Shown in pieces: positions 8,786-18,100 of a stretch of DNA of 64,000 bases. Below the pieces are notes generated by a model. The model worked only from the letters and a program-made list of their open reading frames with translations, was not told where the DNA came from and made no database searches. Both the position numbers and the translations under genes were made by a program. Source of the DNA: Candidatus Eiseniibacteriota bacterium (GTDB lineage: Bacteria; Eisenbacteria; RBG-16-71-46). The stretch lies in assembly GCA_020847735.1 (NCBI GenBank), contig JADLBL010000020.1:69632-133631 (forward strand). Reading direction: 5' to 3'. Positions within the stretch are counted from its first letter, which is position 1, and each line of letters opens with the position of its first letter.

Positions 8786-9774
8786 AGCGCACCCTGCAGT
8801 TCGCGGTCGCGATCGGCATCTCGGCGCTGTGCGTCTGGCTGTCCATGCGCGAAGTGGACCTGGCGCGCGTGGCCGAGTCCCTGCGCAACGCGAACTACCT
8901 GGGCTTCGCGGCGGTCATGGCGATCACCCTGTTCGCCTTCTGGGTGCGGGCGATTCGCTGGCGGCTGCTCCTGCGGGTGGACCGGCCGATCGCCGGCATG
9001 AGCCTGTTCAGCGCCACCATGATCGGCTTCATGGCGAACAACGTCCTGCCCTTCCGGCTCGGGGAGTTCGTCCGCCCCTGGGCGCTGGCGAGGCGCGAGA
9101 AGCTCTCCAAGTCCATGACGCTCGCGACCATCGTGGTCGAGCGCGCGATTGACATGCTGACGCTGCTCGCGATCTTCGGCGTGGCCCTGCTCGTGAGTCC
9201 GATCGCCGAGAACACGTCGGCGGGCCGGCTCGTGCAGGGCGGAGCTCGCATCCTGCTCGTGCTGTCGGTGGTCCTGACCGTGTTCGTGGTCGCGGCGGAG
9301 CGCAACCGGCGCCTCGCGCATTCGCTCCTGCGTCTGGCCCCCGCGGCCATCCGCGACCGCGCCGGCCGGCTGCTGGACCGCTTCCTGGACGGATTCGCGC
9401 TGTTCCGCGATCTCGGCCGGCTGGCGCAGGTGTTCGCGCTGTCGTTCGGGATGTTCCTGAGTTTCGCGTTCGCGCTCTGGATCACGGGCTGGTCGCTCGA
9501 CATCGCGCTGCCCTGGTACGCCGGGCTGGTGATGCTGGTCGTGACCGCGATCGGCATCATGGTGCCCGCGGCCCCCGGCTACGTCGGCACCCTGAACGTG
9601 GCGTGCACCGCCGGACTCGCCCTGTACGGCGTCGGCAAGACCCCCGCGAGCGCCTACGGCTGGTTCTACTTCTTCAGCCAGTGGCTGCCCATCACCGCGG
9701 TCGGCCTGTGGTTCCTGAACCGCGAGGGCCTGTCGCTCCAGTCACTCGGCCACGTGCAGGACGACGCCCCGTGA
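8782..9774 (+). CDS. UPF0104 / lysylphosphatidylglycerol-synthase-TM-region-like 'flippase-like' membrane protein
   Basis: About 8 TM helices. AIRWRLLL...FMANNVLPFRLGEFVRPW is the hallmark motif of the LPG_synthase_TM/UPF0104 family. GTG start overlaps the upstream stop (GTGA). Confidence 0.75.
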   Translation: MKRTLQFAVAIGISALCVWLSMREVDLARVAESLRNANYLGFAAVMAITLFAFWVRAIRWRLLLRVDRPIAGMSLFSATMIGFMANNVLPFRLGEFVRPWALARREKLSKSMTLATIVVERAIDMLTLLAIFGVALLVSPIAENTSAGRLVQGGARILLVLSVVLTVFVVAAERNRRLAHSLLRLAPAAIRDRAGRLLDRFLDGFALFRDLGRLAQVFALSFGMFLSFAFALWITGWSLDIALPWYAGLVMLVVTAIGIMVPAAPGYVGTLNVACTAGLALYGVGKTPASAYGWFYFFSQWLPITAVGLWFLNREGLSLQSLGHVQDDAP

Positions 9775-9803
9775 CCCACGACCGCACCCGTCCCCGGCCG
9801 CGC

Positions 9804-11027
9804 TCAGCGCCGGAAGGCTCCCGCGACCCGGCGCACCGCCTCGACCACGTCGTCGGCGTCGCGGTCGGACATACGCGGGAAGAGCGGCAGCGTGATCGCG
9901 CGCCGGTAGGCGTTCTCGGCGACGGGGAAGGCGCCCTCGCGCAGACCGAGGCTGTCGCGGAAGTGCGGGTGAAAGTGGATCGGAATGAAATGCACCGACG
10001 TGCCGATGTTCTCGGCGCGCAGCTCCTTGATGAAGCGGGCCCGGTCGATCGAAAGCCGCTCGAGATCGAGCGCGATCGGGAACAGGTGCCAGGCGTGCTC
10101 CACCTCGGGCCGCTCGATCGGCAGGCGCACCTCGGGCACGTCCGCCAGGCCCGCGCTCATGCGTGCGACCAACTCGCGCCGCCGGCGTTGGAACTCCTCG
10201 AAGCGCTCGAACTGCCCCACGCCGATCGCGGCGAGCACGTCGCTCAGGTTGTACTTCCAGCCCGGCGCGACGACCTCGTAGTACCAGGAGCCGGTGTCGC
10301 TGTAGCGCTTCCAGGCGTCCCGGCTCATGCCGTGCAGGCTCAGCAGCCGGATGCGCTCGGCGACGGCTTCGTCGTCGGTGACCGCGGCGCCGCCTTCGCC
10401 GGTGCTGAGGTTCTTGGTCGCATAGAACGAGAACGCCGTGACGTCGGCGAGGGTGCCCACGGGCCGTCCGCGGTAGCTCGCGCCGAGCGCGTGCGCGGCG
10501 TCGTCCACGATCACGAGGCCATGGCGGTCCGCGAGGGCCTGCAGACGGTCGTACTCGCACGGGTGTCCGCCGTAATCCACGGTCAGGATGGCCTTCGTGC
10601 GCGGCGTGATCGCCGCTTCGACCGCGGCCGGGTCCAGGTTCAGGGTGTCGGGTTCGACGTCCGCCAGGACGGTCGTGGCGCGCACGTGCTCGATCACGTT
10701 GACCGTGGCGACGAACGTGTAGGCCGAGGTGATGACCTCGTCTCCCGGGCCCAGGCCGAGGGCTTCGAGCGCGAGGTGAAGCGCGCCGGTCGCGCTGTTG
10801 ACGACGACCGAGTGCCTGGCGCCCGAGAGTCCGGCGATCCGCTGCGCGAGCAGCTCCGATTTCGGTCCCGTCGTGATCCAGCCGGATTCGAGCGATTCGA
10901 GCACGAGCTGCTTTTCGCGCTCGCCGATCCACGGCAGGGCGACGGGCAGGAACGTGGCGCGCACCGGAGTGCCGCCCTGCGAGGCGGGCGCCGGGGAAGC
11001 CCCGGCGCCGGGTTCGGGAGTCGTCAC
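9804..11027 (-). CDS. DegT/DnrJ/EryC1/StrS-family PLP-dependent sugar aminotransferase (ArnB/PglE-like)
   Basis: ITSAYTFVATVNVIEH...DDAAHALGASYRG...FSFYATKNLSTGEGG...YNLSDVLAAIGVGQ contains the PLP-lysine (K in ATKN) and is typical of nucleotide-sugar 4- or 3-aminotransferases. Confidence 0.9.
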   Translation of the reverse strand: MTTPEPGAGASPAPASQGGTPVRATFLPVALPWIGEREKQLVLESLESGWITTGPKSELLAQRIAGLSGARHSVVVNSATGALHLALEALGLGPGDEVITSAYTFVATVNVIEHVRATTVLADVEPDTLNLDPAAVEAAITPRTKAILTVDYGGHPCEYDRLQALADRHGLVIVDDAAHALGASYRGRPVGTLADVTAFSFYATKNLSTGEGGAAVTDDEAVAERIRLLSLHGMSRDAWKRYSDTGSWYYEVVAPGWKYNLSDVLAAIGVGQFERFEEFQRRRRELVARMSAGLADVPEVRLPIERPEVEHAWHLFPIALDLERLSIDRARFIKELRAENIGTSVHFIPIHFHPHFRDSLGLREGAFPVAENAYRRAITLPLFPRMSDRDADDVVEAVRRVAGAFRR

Positions 11028-11120
11028 GAAGCCAGTCTAATGCGCGGACTCGCGGCCGCGCCAGCCACCAGTCCGCCCGGAAGCGGCGGCTGACCGGCGC
11101 ACGAGGAAGCGTTCCCCCCA

Positions 11121-12665
11121 ATGTATCCTCGCAAGTTCATCCGGGATTCGTTCGGCATCGCGCTCGCGCAATACGTGGTGCGCGGCACGCTGATGCTGCG
11201 GACGCTGCTCGCGGCGCGGCTGCTCGGGCCTCTGCCCCTCGGGGCCTGGAACGCCATCCAGCTCGTGCTCGACAACGGCTCGTTGCTGCTCCTCGGCAGC
11301 CAGCAGGGCCTCGACCAGATGGTTCCGCCGCGGGTCGTCGCGGGGGACGCCGACGCCGAGCGCCGCGTGAAACGGGCCGCGCTGTTCAACATCCTGGTGC
11401 TGACGGGCCTCTACGCCCTGTGCTGCCTGGTGTGGATCGCGGTCGGACGCAGCAAGATCCGCGACGCCTGGGGCTTCGCCGGCATGGCCGTCGCGCTCGC
11501 GTGCGTGGTCGCGACCAACCTCTCCAACTACCAGACCTCGATCCAGCGCTCGCACGGCGACCTGCGGACCGTCCGCTACTGGATGCTGATCCAGGGCGCG
11601 ATCGGCGGCCTGCTCGGGCTGGCGCTGATCCCGGTGCTGGGCCTGTGGGGGCTGCTCGGAGGCTGGGCGGTGGGCTGCGTGGCGGCGCTCGTCTACACGA
11701 GCGTGCGTTCGCGCCGGCTCGCGCCGCTTTCGCCCGCGCCGGCGGCCGAGGGGCTCGATCTCGTCCAGACGGGCTTTCCGCTGTACGTCTACCTCTCGTC
11801 CTCGCTGATGATGCGTCAGCTCGACCGGCTGATCATCCTGCGCTTCCTGGGCGTCGAGATGCTCGGCTACTACGGGCTGGCGGTCATGGCACTGGCGTTC
11901 ATGCTTTACATGCCCGACGCCGTGACCTACGTGCTCTATCCGCGGCTCCAACGCGACTTCGCGGCCGCGGGCGGCAACCCGGAGGCGATACGCGAACAGG
12001 TCGAGCGCGTGCTGCGAACCTACTCGATTCTCGTTCCCGCGCTCGGCGCTCTGGCGTTCTTCCTGGCCGGCCCGGCGGTGCAGTTCCTCCTGCCCGACTT
12101 CACGCCCGGGGTCCGGGCGATCCGCGTGCTGTGCTTCGGGGCCGTCGGGCTCGCGTTCGGCAACCTCGCCTCGATCGTGCTCATGACCGTCGGACGCCAG
12201 ACCCTGCTCATGCCCGGCGCGGTGCTGTCGGCGGTGGCGGGCGCGGGTTTCGACCTGCTCGCCGTCCGCCTCGGCCACGGCATCCACGGCGTGGCCTGGG
12301 CGACGGTCACGACCTACTCGGTGAGCGGGGCGATGCTGCTGACGATGGCGCTGACCGGCCTGGCCCTCGCGCCGCGGCGGGTGCTGGCACTGCTGGGGCA
12401 GCTCTTCCTGCCGCTGGCGGTGGCGATCGCCCTGACGCTCGCCGTCTCGCAGGTCGTGCCGTGGGTGGGAAGCTCCTCTCTGGGCCTGCGCGCCGCCCGG
12501 TTCGCGATCTCGGCCGTGAGCTTCACGCTCCTTTACCTGTTCGCCGTCCGGCCCCTGGGCCGCGGGCTCGGCCTGCGGCGCCTGCTGTTCGAACTCAACG
12601 TTCCCGTCGTCGGGCCGCTCCTGCGGCGATTCGGCGGCGCGGACTTCCAACGGGACAACCCATGA
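11121..12665 (+). CDS. Oligosaccharide/polysaccharide flippase (Wzx/MOP superfamily) #2
   Basis: 514 aa with about 12-14 TM helices and MOP-flippase-like topology. Divergent from the aminotransferase gene. Confidence 0.75.
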   Translation: MYPRKFIRDSFGIALAQYVVRGTLMLRTLLAARLLGPLPLGAWNAIQLVLDNGSLLLLGSQQGLDQMVPPRVVAGDADAERRVKRAALFNILVLTGLYALCCLVWIAVGRSKIRDAWGFAGMAVALACVVATNLSNYQTSIQRSHGDLRTVRYWMLIQGAIGGLLGLALIPVLGLWGLLGGWAVGCVAALVYTSVRSRRLAPLSPAPAAEGLDLVQTGFPLYVYLSSSLMMRQLDRLIILRFLGVEMLGYYGLAVMALAFMLYMPDAVTYVLYPRLQRDFAAAGGNPEAIREQVERVLRTYSILVPALGALAFFLAGPAVQFLLPDFTPGVRAIRVLCFGAVGLAFGNLASIVLMTVGRQTLLMPGAVLSAVAGAGFDLLAVRLGHGIHGVAWATVTTYSVSGAMLLTMALTGLALAPRRVLALLGQLFLPLAVAIALTLAVSQVVPWVGSSSLGLRAARFAISAVSFTLLYLFAVRPLGRGLGLRRLLFELNVPVVGPLLRRFGGADFQRDNP

Positions 12666-14671
12666 AGATCCTCGTCACCGGCGCGGCCGGATTCATCGGC
12701 ATCCGGCTCGTCCACCGGCTGCTGGCCGAAGGCCACGAAGTCGTCGCGTTCGTCCGCACGCCGCGCGGCGAGCTCAAGCTCGCTCGTCCGGGCCTCTCGG
12801 TGGCGCGCGGCGACATGACCGACCGCGACTCCCTCGCGAAGGCGGTGCGCGGATGCCAGGCCGTCGTCCACCTCGCCAACGCGACGCTCGTGACGGACTG
12901 GGACCGCGCCCGCGCGATCAACGTGGACGGCACCCGCGCCCTGCTCGAGGAGGCGAAGCGTGCCGGCGTCGGACGGGTCGTGTTCACCTCGACGCTCTCG
13001 GCCGTGCGCGAGCGGCGCGGCCCCTACGGCCAGACCAAGCTCGAGGCCGAAGTCGTCGTGCGCCAGTCGGGATTGCCGTTCGTGATCCTGCGGCCGTCGC
13101 TGGTTTACGGCGTCCACGGCATCGGGCTGGTGGCGAACCTCGCGGCCTACCTTCGCGGGCTGCCGGTCGTCCCGGTCATCGGCGACGGCCGGACCGAGCT
13201 GGACCCGATCCACATGGACGACGTGAACGAGGTGATCGTGCAGTGTCTGACCCGGGACGATGTCCTGGGGCGGGCCTACGATCTCCTCGGACCGGACCGC
13301 GTGACGTTCGACCAGTTCCTCGACCGCCTGAGCGCGGAGATCGGCGTGCGCAAGCCGTACGTCCACCTGCCGGGCGGCCTGATGCTGCTGGCCGCCCGCG
13401 TCGCGACCCGGCTGCTGGCGAAGCCGCCGGTCACCGAGGACAACGTCCTCGGGCTGATCTCTCCGGTGAAGGTGGATCGCGAGTCGGCGTTCCGCGACTT
13501 CCCGATCCGCTGGACGAAGCTCGAGATCGGCCTGCATGACGCGCTCGAGGAGCCCGATCCCGGAGACGAGGGCGCTCCCGCCGCGGGTCGCGCCGGCGTG
13601 CCGGTCGCGCCCGGGATGCGCGAAATGGCGAGGCCGGCGCGCCCGGTGCGCGTCGCCGTGGCCGGACTCGGCAAGCTCGGCGTGGCGCACACCGCGGTGC
13701 TCTCGATGGTGCCGGGCGTCCAGATCGTCGGGTTCACCGACACGCTGCCGGCGGGCGGCAAGAACCTGCGTGGAATGGGATTCCTCGCGCCCTTCTATCC
13801 GACGCTCGCCGGGCTGCTCGCGCAGGCGAAGCCCGACGCGGTGTGGGTGTGCACGCCGCCGCACGCGCACGAGCCGGTTGCGAAGCAGTGCGTCGAGGCC
13901 GGCGTGGCCGTGTTCATCGAGAAGCCGCTGGCACAGTCGGTCGAGAGCGCCGAACGGATCGCCGAACTGGCGCGCCGTCCCGGGGCGCGTGTCGCCTGCG
14001 GTTACACGCTCGCCTTCTGGCCGACCTTCGCGGCGGCCCGGCATGCCCTCGCGAGCGGCACGATCGGCGAAGTCCGGCGAGGACGCTCGAGCATGTTTCT
14101 TTCACAGGTGTTCGGCCCGCAGAAGGGCTGGATCGCCGATCCGTCGAAATCGGGCGGCGGCGTCGTGGCGAACATTTCCTCGCACCTGCTGTTCGTGATG
14201 CGCTGGTGTCTCGGGCAGCCGGTCGCCGTCCACGGCGAATGGAAGAAGGTGCACGGACAGGTCGAGGACGAAGTCACGGCGGCGTGGCGGTTCGCGAGCG
14301 GCGCCGAGGTCTCGTTCGAAACGTCGTGGAGCGTTCCGGGCTATCCGATGTCGGAGACCGTCCTCGAGCTGGAGGGCGACCACGGAACCCTGCGCGTCAC
14401 GAACGAGTCGTTCGAGCTGGACCTGCGAGAGGCGCGCGCCGGCTGGCCGGCCGGGCGCACGAGCCTGTTCCACTCCGAGTTGCCGCAGCCCTCGCGCTTC
14501 GACTTCAACGGTGAGGCCTACGTGCTCGAGGACGCGTCGTTCGCGGCCTGGGTCGCGGGAGGCGAGCCGCCACCGGGCTCGACCGAGCTGGCGCTCGACG
14601 TGCAGCGGATGATGGCCGCGCTGTACGCCTCGTGCGAACAGGGCGGCGCCGAGACGGAGGTGGCCCGATGA
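12662..14671 (+). CDS. Fusion protein: N-terminal NAD-dependent sugar epimerase/dehydratase (extended SDR) + C-terminal Gfo/Idh/MocA-family oxidoreductase
   Basis: N-terminus MKILVTGAAGFIGIRLV (GxxGxxG Rossmann) with an SDR YxxxK-type region (YGQTKLEAE). The second half VRVAVAGLGKLGVAHT...WVCTPPHAHEP...FIEKPLA is the classic Gfo/Idh/MocA N-terminal NAD-binding signature. One continuous 669-aa ORF, ATGA-coupled to the upstream flippase. Confidence 0.85.
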   Translation: MKILVTGAAGFIGIRLVHRLLAEGHEVVAFVRTPRGELKLARPGLSVARGDMTDRDSLAKAVRGCQAVVHLANATLVTDWDRARAINVDGTRALLEEAKRAGVGRVVFTSTLSAVRERRGPYGQTKLEAEVVVRQSGLPFVILRPSLVYGVHGIGLVANLAAYLRGLPVVPVIGDGRTELDPIHMDDVNEVIVQCLTRDDVLGRAYDLLGPDRVTFDQFLDRLSAEIGVRKPYVHLPGGLMLLAARVATRLLAKPPVTEDNVLGLISPVKVDRESAFRDFPIRWTKLEIGLHDALEEPDPGDEGAPAAGRAGVPVAPGMREMARPARPVRVAVAGLGKLGVAHTAVLSMVPGVQIVGFTDTLPAGGKNLRGMGFLAPFYPTLAGLLAQAKPDAVWVCTPPHAHEPVAKQCVEAGVAVFIEKPLAQSVESAERIAELARRPGARVACGYTLAFWPTFAAARHALASGTIGEVRRGRSSMFLSQVFGPQKGWIADPSKSGGGVVANISSHLLFVMRWCLGQPVAVHGEWKKVHGQVEDEVTAAWRFASGAEVSFETSWSVPGYPMSETVLELEGDHGTLRVTNESFELDLREARAGWPAGRTSLFHSELPQPSRFDFNGEAYVLEDASFAAWVAGGEPPPGSTELALDVQRMMAALYASCEQGGAETEVAR

Positions 14672-15540
14672 GCGCGCCGAGGCTGCTGCTTTCGACCGAA
14701 ACCCTGCTCGGGGTGACCCGCCATCCGCGCGCCGAGGCCCGCGCGCTCCAGACCCGCTTCGCGGACGCGGCGGCGCTCGCGCAACAGATTTCGGCGGCGC
14801 TCGACGCCGGCGCGGACGGCGTTCTCGCGGCGCCCTCCGCCGTCACGCGCGCCGCGCTCAGCGCGGCCGGCCGGCCGGTGCCGACCTGGGCGCTGCTTCC
14901 CAACGTGCCGGCCTACGTTCGCGACTCCTCGGAGGCTGGACTCGCCGGCGCGGCGATCAAGCGCGTCCGGGGCGCGGGTCCGGGAACGCTCGCGCGCCTC
15001 GGCCTGACCGGAGTCCAGCACGCGCTGGGGGTGGTGGGCGGGGATTTCGCCTCCATGGTGCCGCTGCTGCTGGAGCTCGAATCGGCTGCCCTCGGGGCGG
15101 CGAGGCTCGAAGGCGTCGTGATCGCGGCGGCGATCACGGATCTGGCGCTCGCCGGCCGCAATCGCCGCTTCTTCGCCCACCTGACGGCGTTCATGCGCGC
15201 GCGCTTCCGGGCGCGGGCCGGCTTCGAGACCCACAACGTCGGCCACCTGTTGCGCGCGCTGCGGGACTGGGGCGTCGAACCGGATCTCGTCGTCGGGCCG
15301 ATGAACCCGCAGGGCTTCATGATGAAGCCCACCCCGGAGCGCGCGCTCGAGGAGATCGCCATCGCCGATGTCCCCGTGCTCGCCAAGGAGCTGACGGCGG
15401 GGGGGATCGGCGACCTCGCGACGGCAGCGGCCTGGGCAGGCGAACACGGCGCTCACGGGCTGGTCGTGGACCTCGCCGACGTGCGCGGTGAGGCCCGGGA
15501 ACTCGCGAAGCTCGTCCCGGTCGCGGGAGCGCGCGCATGA
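14668..15540 (+). CDS. Conserved hypothetical protein (soluble, Ala-rich)
   Basis: 290-aa ORF translationally coupled on both sides (ATGA at 14668; stop overlaps the next start). GC3-rich codon usage. No recognisable motif. Confidence 0.5.
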   Translation: MSAPRLLLSTETLLGVTRHPRAEARALQTRFADAAALAQQISAALDAGADGVLAAPSAVTRAALSAAGRPVPTWALLPNVPAYVRDSSEAGLAGAAIKRVRGAGPGTLARLGLTGVQHALGVVGGDFASMVPLLLELESAALGAARLEGVVIAAAITDLALAGRNRRFFAHLTAFMRARFRARAGFETHNVGHLLRALRDWGVEPDLVVGPMNPQGFMMKPTPERALEEIAIADVPVLAKELTAGGIGDLATAAAWAGEHGAHGLVVDLADVRGEARELAKLVPVAGARA

Positions 15541-18089
15541 CACGAAGGCGCGCGGCCGCCCTCGCCGCCTCACAGCTGGCGATCCACCTGCTGCTGCTCA
15601 CGGAGATCGCCCACTTCCTGCCGGGCGGAGCGCGGCTGGCGCTGGCGTTCGTGGCCCTGGTGCTGCTGCCCGGCGCCGGCTGGCTGGCGGCGATCGGAGC
15701 GCGGGTGCCCGGCGGCGCCTGGCTCGCGCCGGGATGGGCGCTCGGCCTTGGGGTCGCGTGGCAGGCGGCGCTGGTGCTGGTCACGCACTTCGCACACGTG
15801 CCCTTCACGGCGCTGGCGGGAGCGGGCGCGGTGGCATCGCTGCTGCCGTGGGCGGTCGCCGCGGCGCGCGGGGGCGAACTCAGGACGCGGACCACGGACG
15901 AGAGCGCACTCGGGGGCGCGGCGCTCGCCGCGGTGCTGCTCGCCGCCGGACTCGCCGCCTGGCACTGCGCGCGGCTCGGGACGCCGGTGACCTACTACAC
16001 GGACTCGCCGGATCACATCGGCACGATCCGGCGCATGCTCGCGAGCGGGGACGCGTTTCCGACCGACGCCTTCTTCCGGGACGCGGGCGCGCTGGGCGCC
16101 GATCCGCGCAAGGGTCTCTGGCACCCGGTCGTCGCGCTGCTGTGCCGGCTTTCGGGCGTGGATCCCTGGCCCGCCTGGAAGATGCTCGGTGCGCTGATCG
16201 CGCCGCTGTTCGTGCTCAACGCGGCTTCGTTCGCCTGGCTGCTGGGCGGGGCGCTGCCGGCGGCCGCCGGAGCGTGGGCGCTGCTGCTCACCTACGGCGG
16301 ATCGCTCTCGACGGTGTTCCTGCGCGAGGCGGGCCTCGCGACCAAGCTCGCCGACCAGCTCGCGATCGCGGTGGCCGCCGCGGTGCTCGCCGACCTGCGC
16401 GAACGCTCGGCGCGCAGCCGCACGGTCGCGATCGCGCTGGCCCTCGGCGCGGTCGTCACGCACGTCTTCGCCGCCCTGCAGTTCGCGACCGTCTTCGGCG
16501 CGCTCGCGCTCGGCCTGCTCGTGCGCGACCGGCGCGCGGGCCCGGAGCTGCGCCGGCTGCTGATCACCTCGCTCACGCTCGGGCTCGCGTGTCTGCCCTA
16601 CCTGCTCTGGCGCACGCACGGCGCCTACGCCCCGGGCAACCCGATCCATCTCGAGCGCCAGGGCCTGCTGTACGTGAGCGATCATCTCTTCACGGTCGGC
16701 CTCGGTCCCTTCTGGGAATGGCTCGGCTTCGGCGCGCTGCTGTTTCCGCTTTCCTGGTGGGCGTGGGCGCGCGCCTCGGGGCGCACCGCGGTGCTCTACC
16801 TGCTGACGACCTCGCTCGCGGTCTTCGCGATCATGCTGTTTCCGCCGGTGACGATGGCCCTGGAGCCCCGGCTCGGTTACCTGCTCATGCGTTTCGTCTG
16901 GGTGCTGCCCCTGTTCGCGGCCTACGCGTACGCCTTCGCGGCGGTCGTCGGAAGGCTGCGCGCGGGCGCGACGCGGGCGAGGCTCGCGGGCGCCGCGGGG
17001 CTTGCGGGACTTCTGGCGCTGCTGGCCCATCCGCTCGTGGACGCGGGGCTCGTCTTCGCCGACCCGGCCAGGCACGCGGGTGGGCGCGAGGCGCTGGCCG
17101 GCATGGAGCGCTGGCGCGCGCCGCTCGCGTGGATGGACGGGCACCTGCCCGCAGGTTCGGTGGTGCTCAGCGACCCGGCGACGTCGTACGCGATCCCGAT
17201 GGCGACGCGGCACTGGGTCGCGGCACTCGTGGACCAGCACAGCTCGCCGAACGACTCGCTGGGGCTGGTGCGCATCCTGCAGGCACGCGACGCGCTCGAC
17301 CCGCACGCGGACTGGGCGACCACGCGGGCGGTCGTCGCCGCACGCGGGGTCACGGCGATCGCCCTCAACGACCGCTTCCGCGAGGTGCCGAGCCTGGACT
17401 ACTGGACTCCGCGTCACGCGTGGTTTCGCGCCGCGCGCGCGCGGCTGGACGCCGAACCCCGGGCCTTCCGGCGCGTCTACGACCTCGGGGACTTCGTGAT
17501 CTACGAGGTGGACCCGGTCGCGCTTTCGCGGCTCGCCGCCGGCGGCACGCCGCGCGGCTACGTCTCGGCCGCCGATCCGACGCCCGGGACGCCGCCCGTC
17601 GCGATGGGCCCGGGGCTGCCGGACCTGGCGTCGTTCGCGCTCTCCCGCGACCAGGTCGTGGCGGGGGAGACGCTGGTGGCCGTCTGCGTCTGGCACGCGC
17701 CGCGGGCGCTGCGCGCCGGTTCATACAAGGTCGCGCTGCGCTTCGACCGGAACCTGCCGCCCGACCTGAAGTCTCCGGCGTGGCTCGCCAAGCCCGCCCG
17801 CAAGCTGTACGAATCCCGCGCCGGCGAGCGCTATCGCTTTCGTGCCGACCATCTCCCGGTGGGCGGCGCCTACGGACCGGATCTGTGGACGGCCGCGCAG
17901 TGGATCGCCGACTCGGCGGTCGTCACCGTTCCCGCCGACGTCGCGCCCGGCGAATACGAGGTGCAGGTGAAGATGATCCGCGAGCCGCACTACCCGAACT
18001 ACCGGCTCGGCGACTTCTTCTTCGATCACGACTACTACTCGGGGCCCGCCGTCGCGACGTTGCGGGTGCTTCCCCGGGCGAAAGGCTGA
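15537..18089 (+). CDS. Large polytopic membrane protein (~12 TM + ~350-aa C-terminal extracytoplasmic domain); candidate GT-C-type glycosyltransferase/polymerase; paralog of 23200-25317
   Basis: 850 aa. Loop motif DSPDHIGTIRRMLASGDAFPTDAFF...DPRKGLWHP...LSGVDPWPAWKMLGAL aligns with RSDTWVHAAISGEIRLHGVPPVDPRF...LRGQDPFVFMALL in the paralog. An Asp/His-rich first periplasmic loop is reminiscent of GT-C enzymes. Confidence 0.7.
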   Translation: MTRRRAAALAASQLAIHLLLLTEIAHFLPGGARLALAFVALVLLPGAGWLAAIGARVPGGAWLAPGWALGLGVAWQAALVLVTHFAHVPFTALAGAGAVASLLPWAVAAARGGELRTRTTDESALGGAALAAVLLAAGLAAWHCARLGTPVTYYTDSPDHIGTIRRMLASGDAFPTDAFFRDAGALGADPRKGLWHPVVALLCRLSGVDPWPAWKMLGALIAPLFVLNAASFAWLLGGALPAAAGAWALLLTYGGSLSTVFLREAGLATKLADQLAIAVAAAVLADLRERSARSRTVAIALALGAVVTHVFAALQFATVFGALALGLLVRDRRAGPELRRLLITSLTLGLACLPYLLWRTHGAYAPGNPIHLERQGLLYVSDHLFTVGLGPFWEWLGFGALLFPLSWWAWARASGRTAVLYLLTTSLAVFAIMLFPPVTMALEPRLGYLLMRFVWVLPLFAAYAYAFAAVVGRLRAGATRARLAGAAGLAGLLALLAHPLVDAGLVFADPARHAGGREALAGMERWRAPLAWMDGHLPAGSVVLSDPATSYAIPMATRHWVAALVDQHSSPNDSLGLVRILQARDALDPHADWATTRAVVAARGVTAIALNDRFREVPSLDYWTPRHAWFRAARARLDAEPRAFRRVYDLGDFVIYEVDPVALSRLAAGGTPRGYVSAADPTPGTPPVAMGPGLPDLASFALSRDQVVAGETLVAVCVWHAPRALRAGSYKVALRFDRNLPPDLKSPAWLAKPARKLYESRAGERYRFRADHLPVGGAYGPDLWTAAQWIADSAVVTVPADVAPGEYEVQVKMIREPHYPNYRLGDFFFDHDYYSGPAVATLRVLPRAKG

Positions 18090-18100
18090 GGCCCACGACC

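Noticed and set aside
9603-11121. 496-aa plus-strand ORF (9603-11093) and 459-aa minus ORF (9742-11121) overlapping the DegT aminotransferase
   Set aside because: The aminotransferase frame has unmistakable PLP-enzyme motifs. The alternatives are Arg/Gly-rich shadow ORFs.
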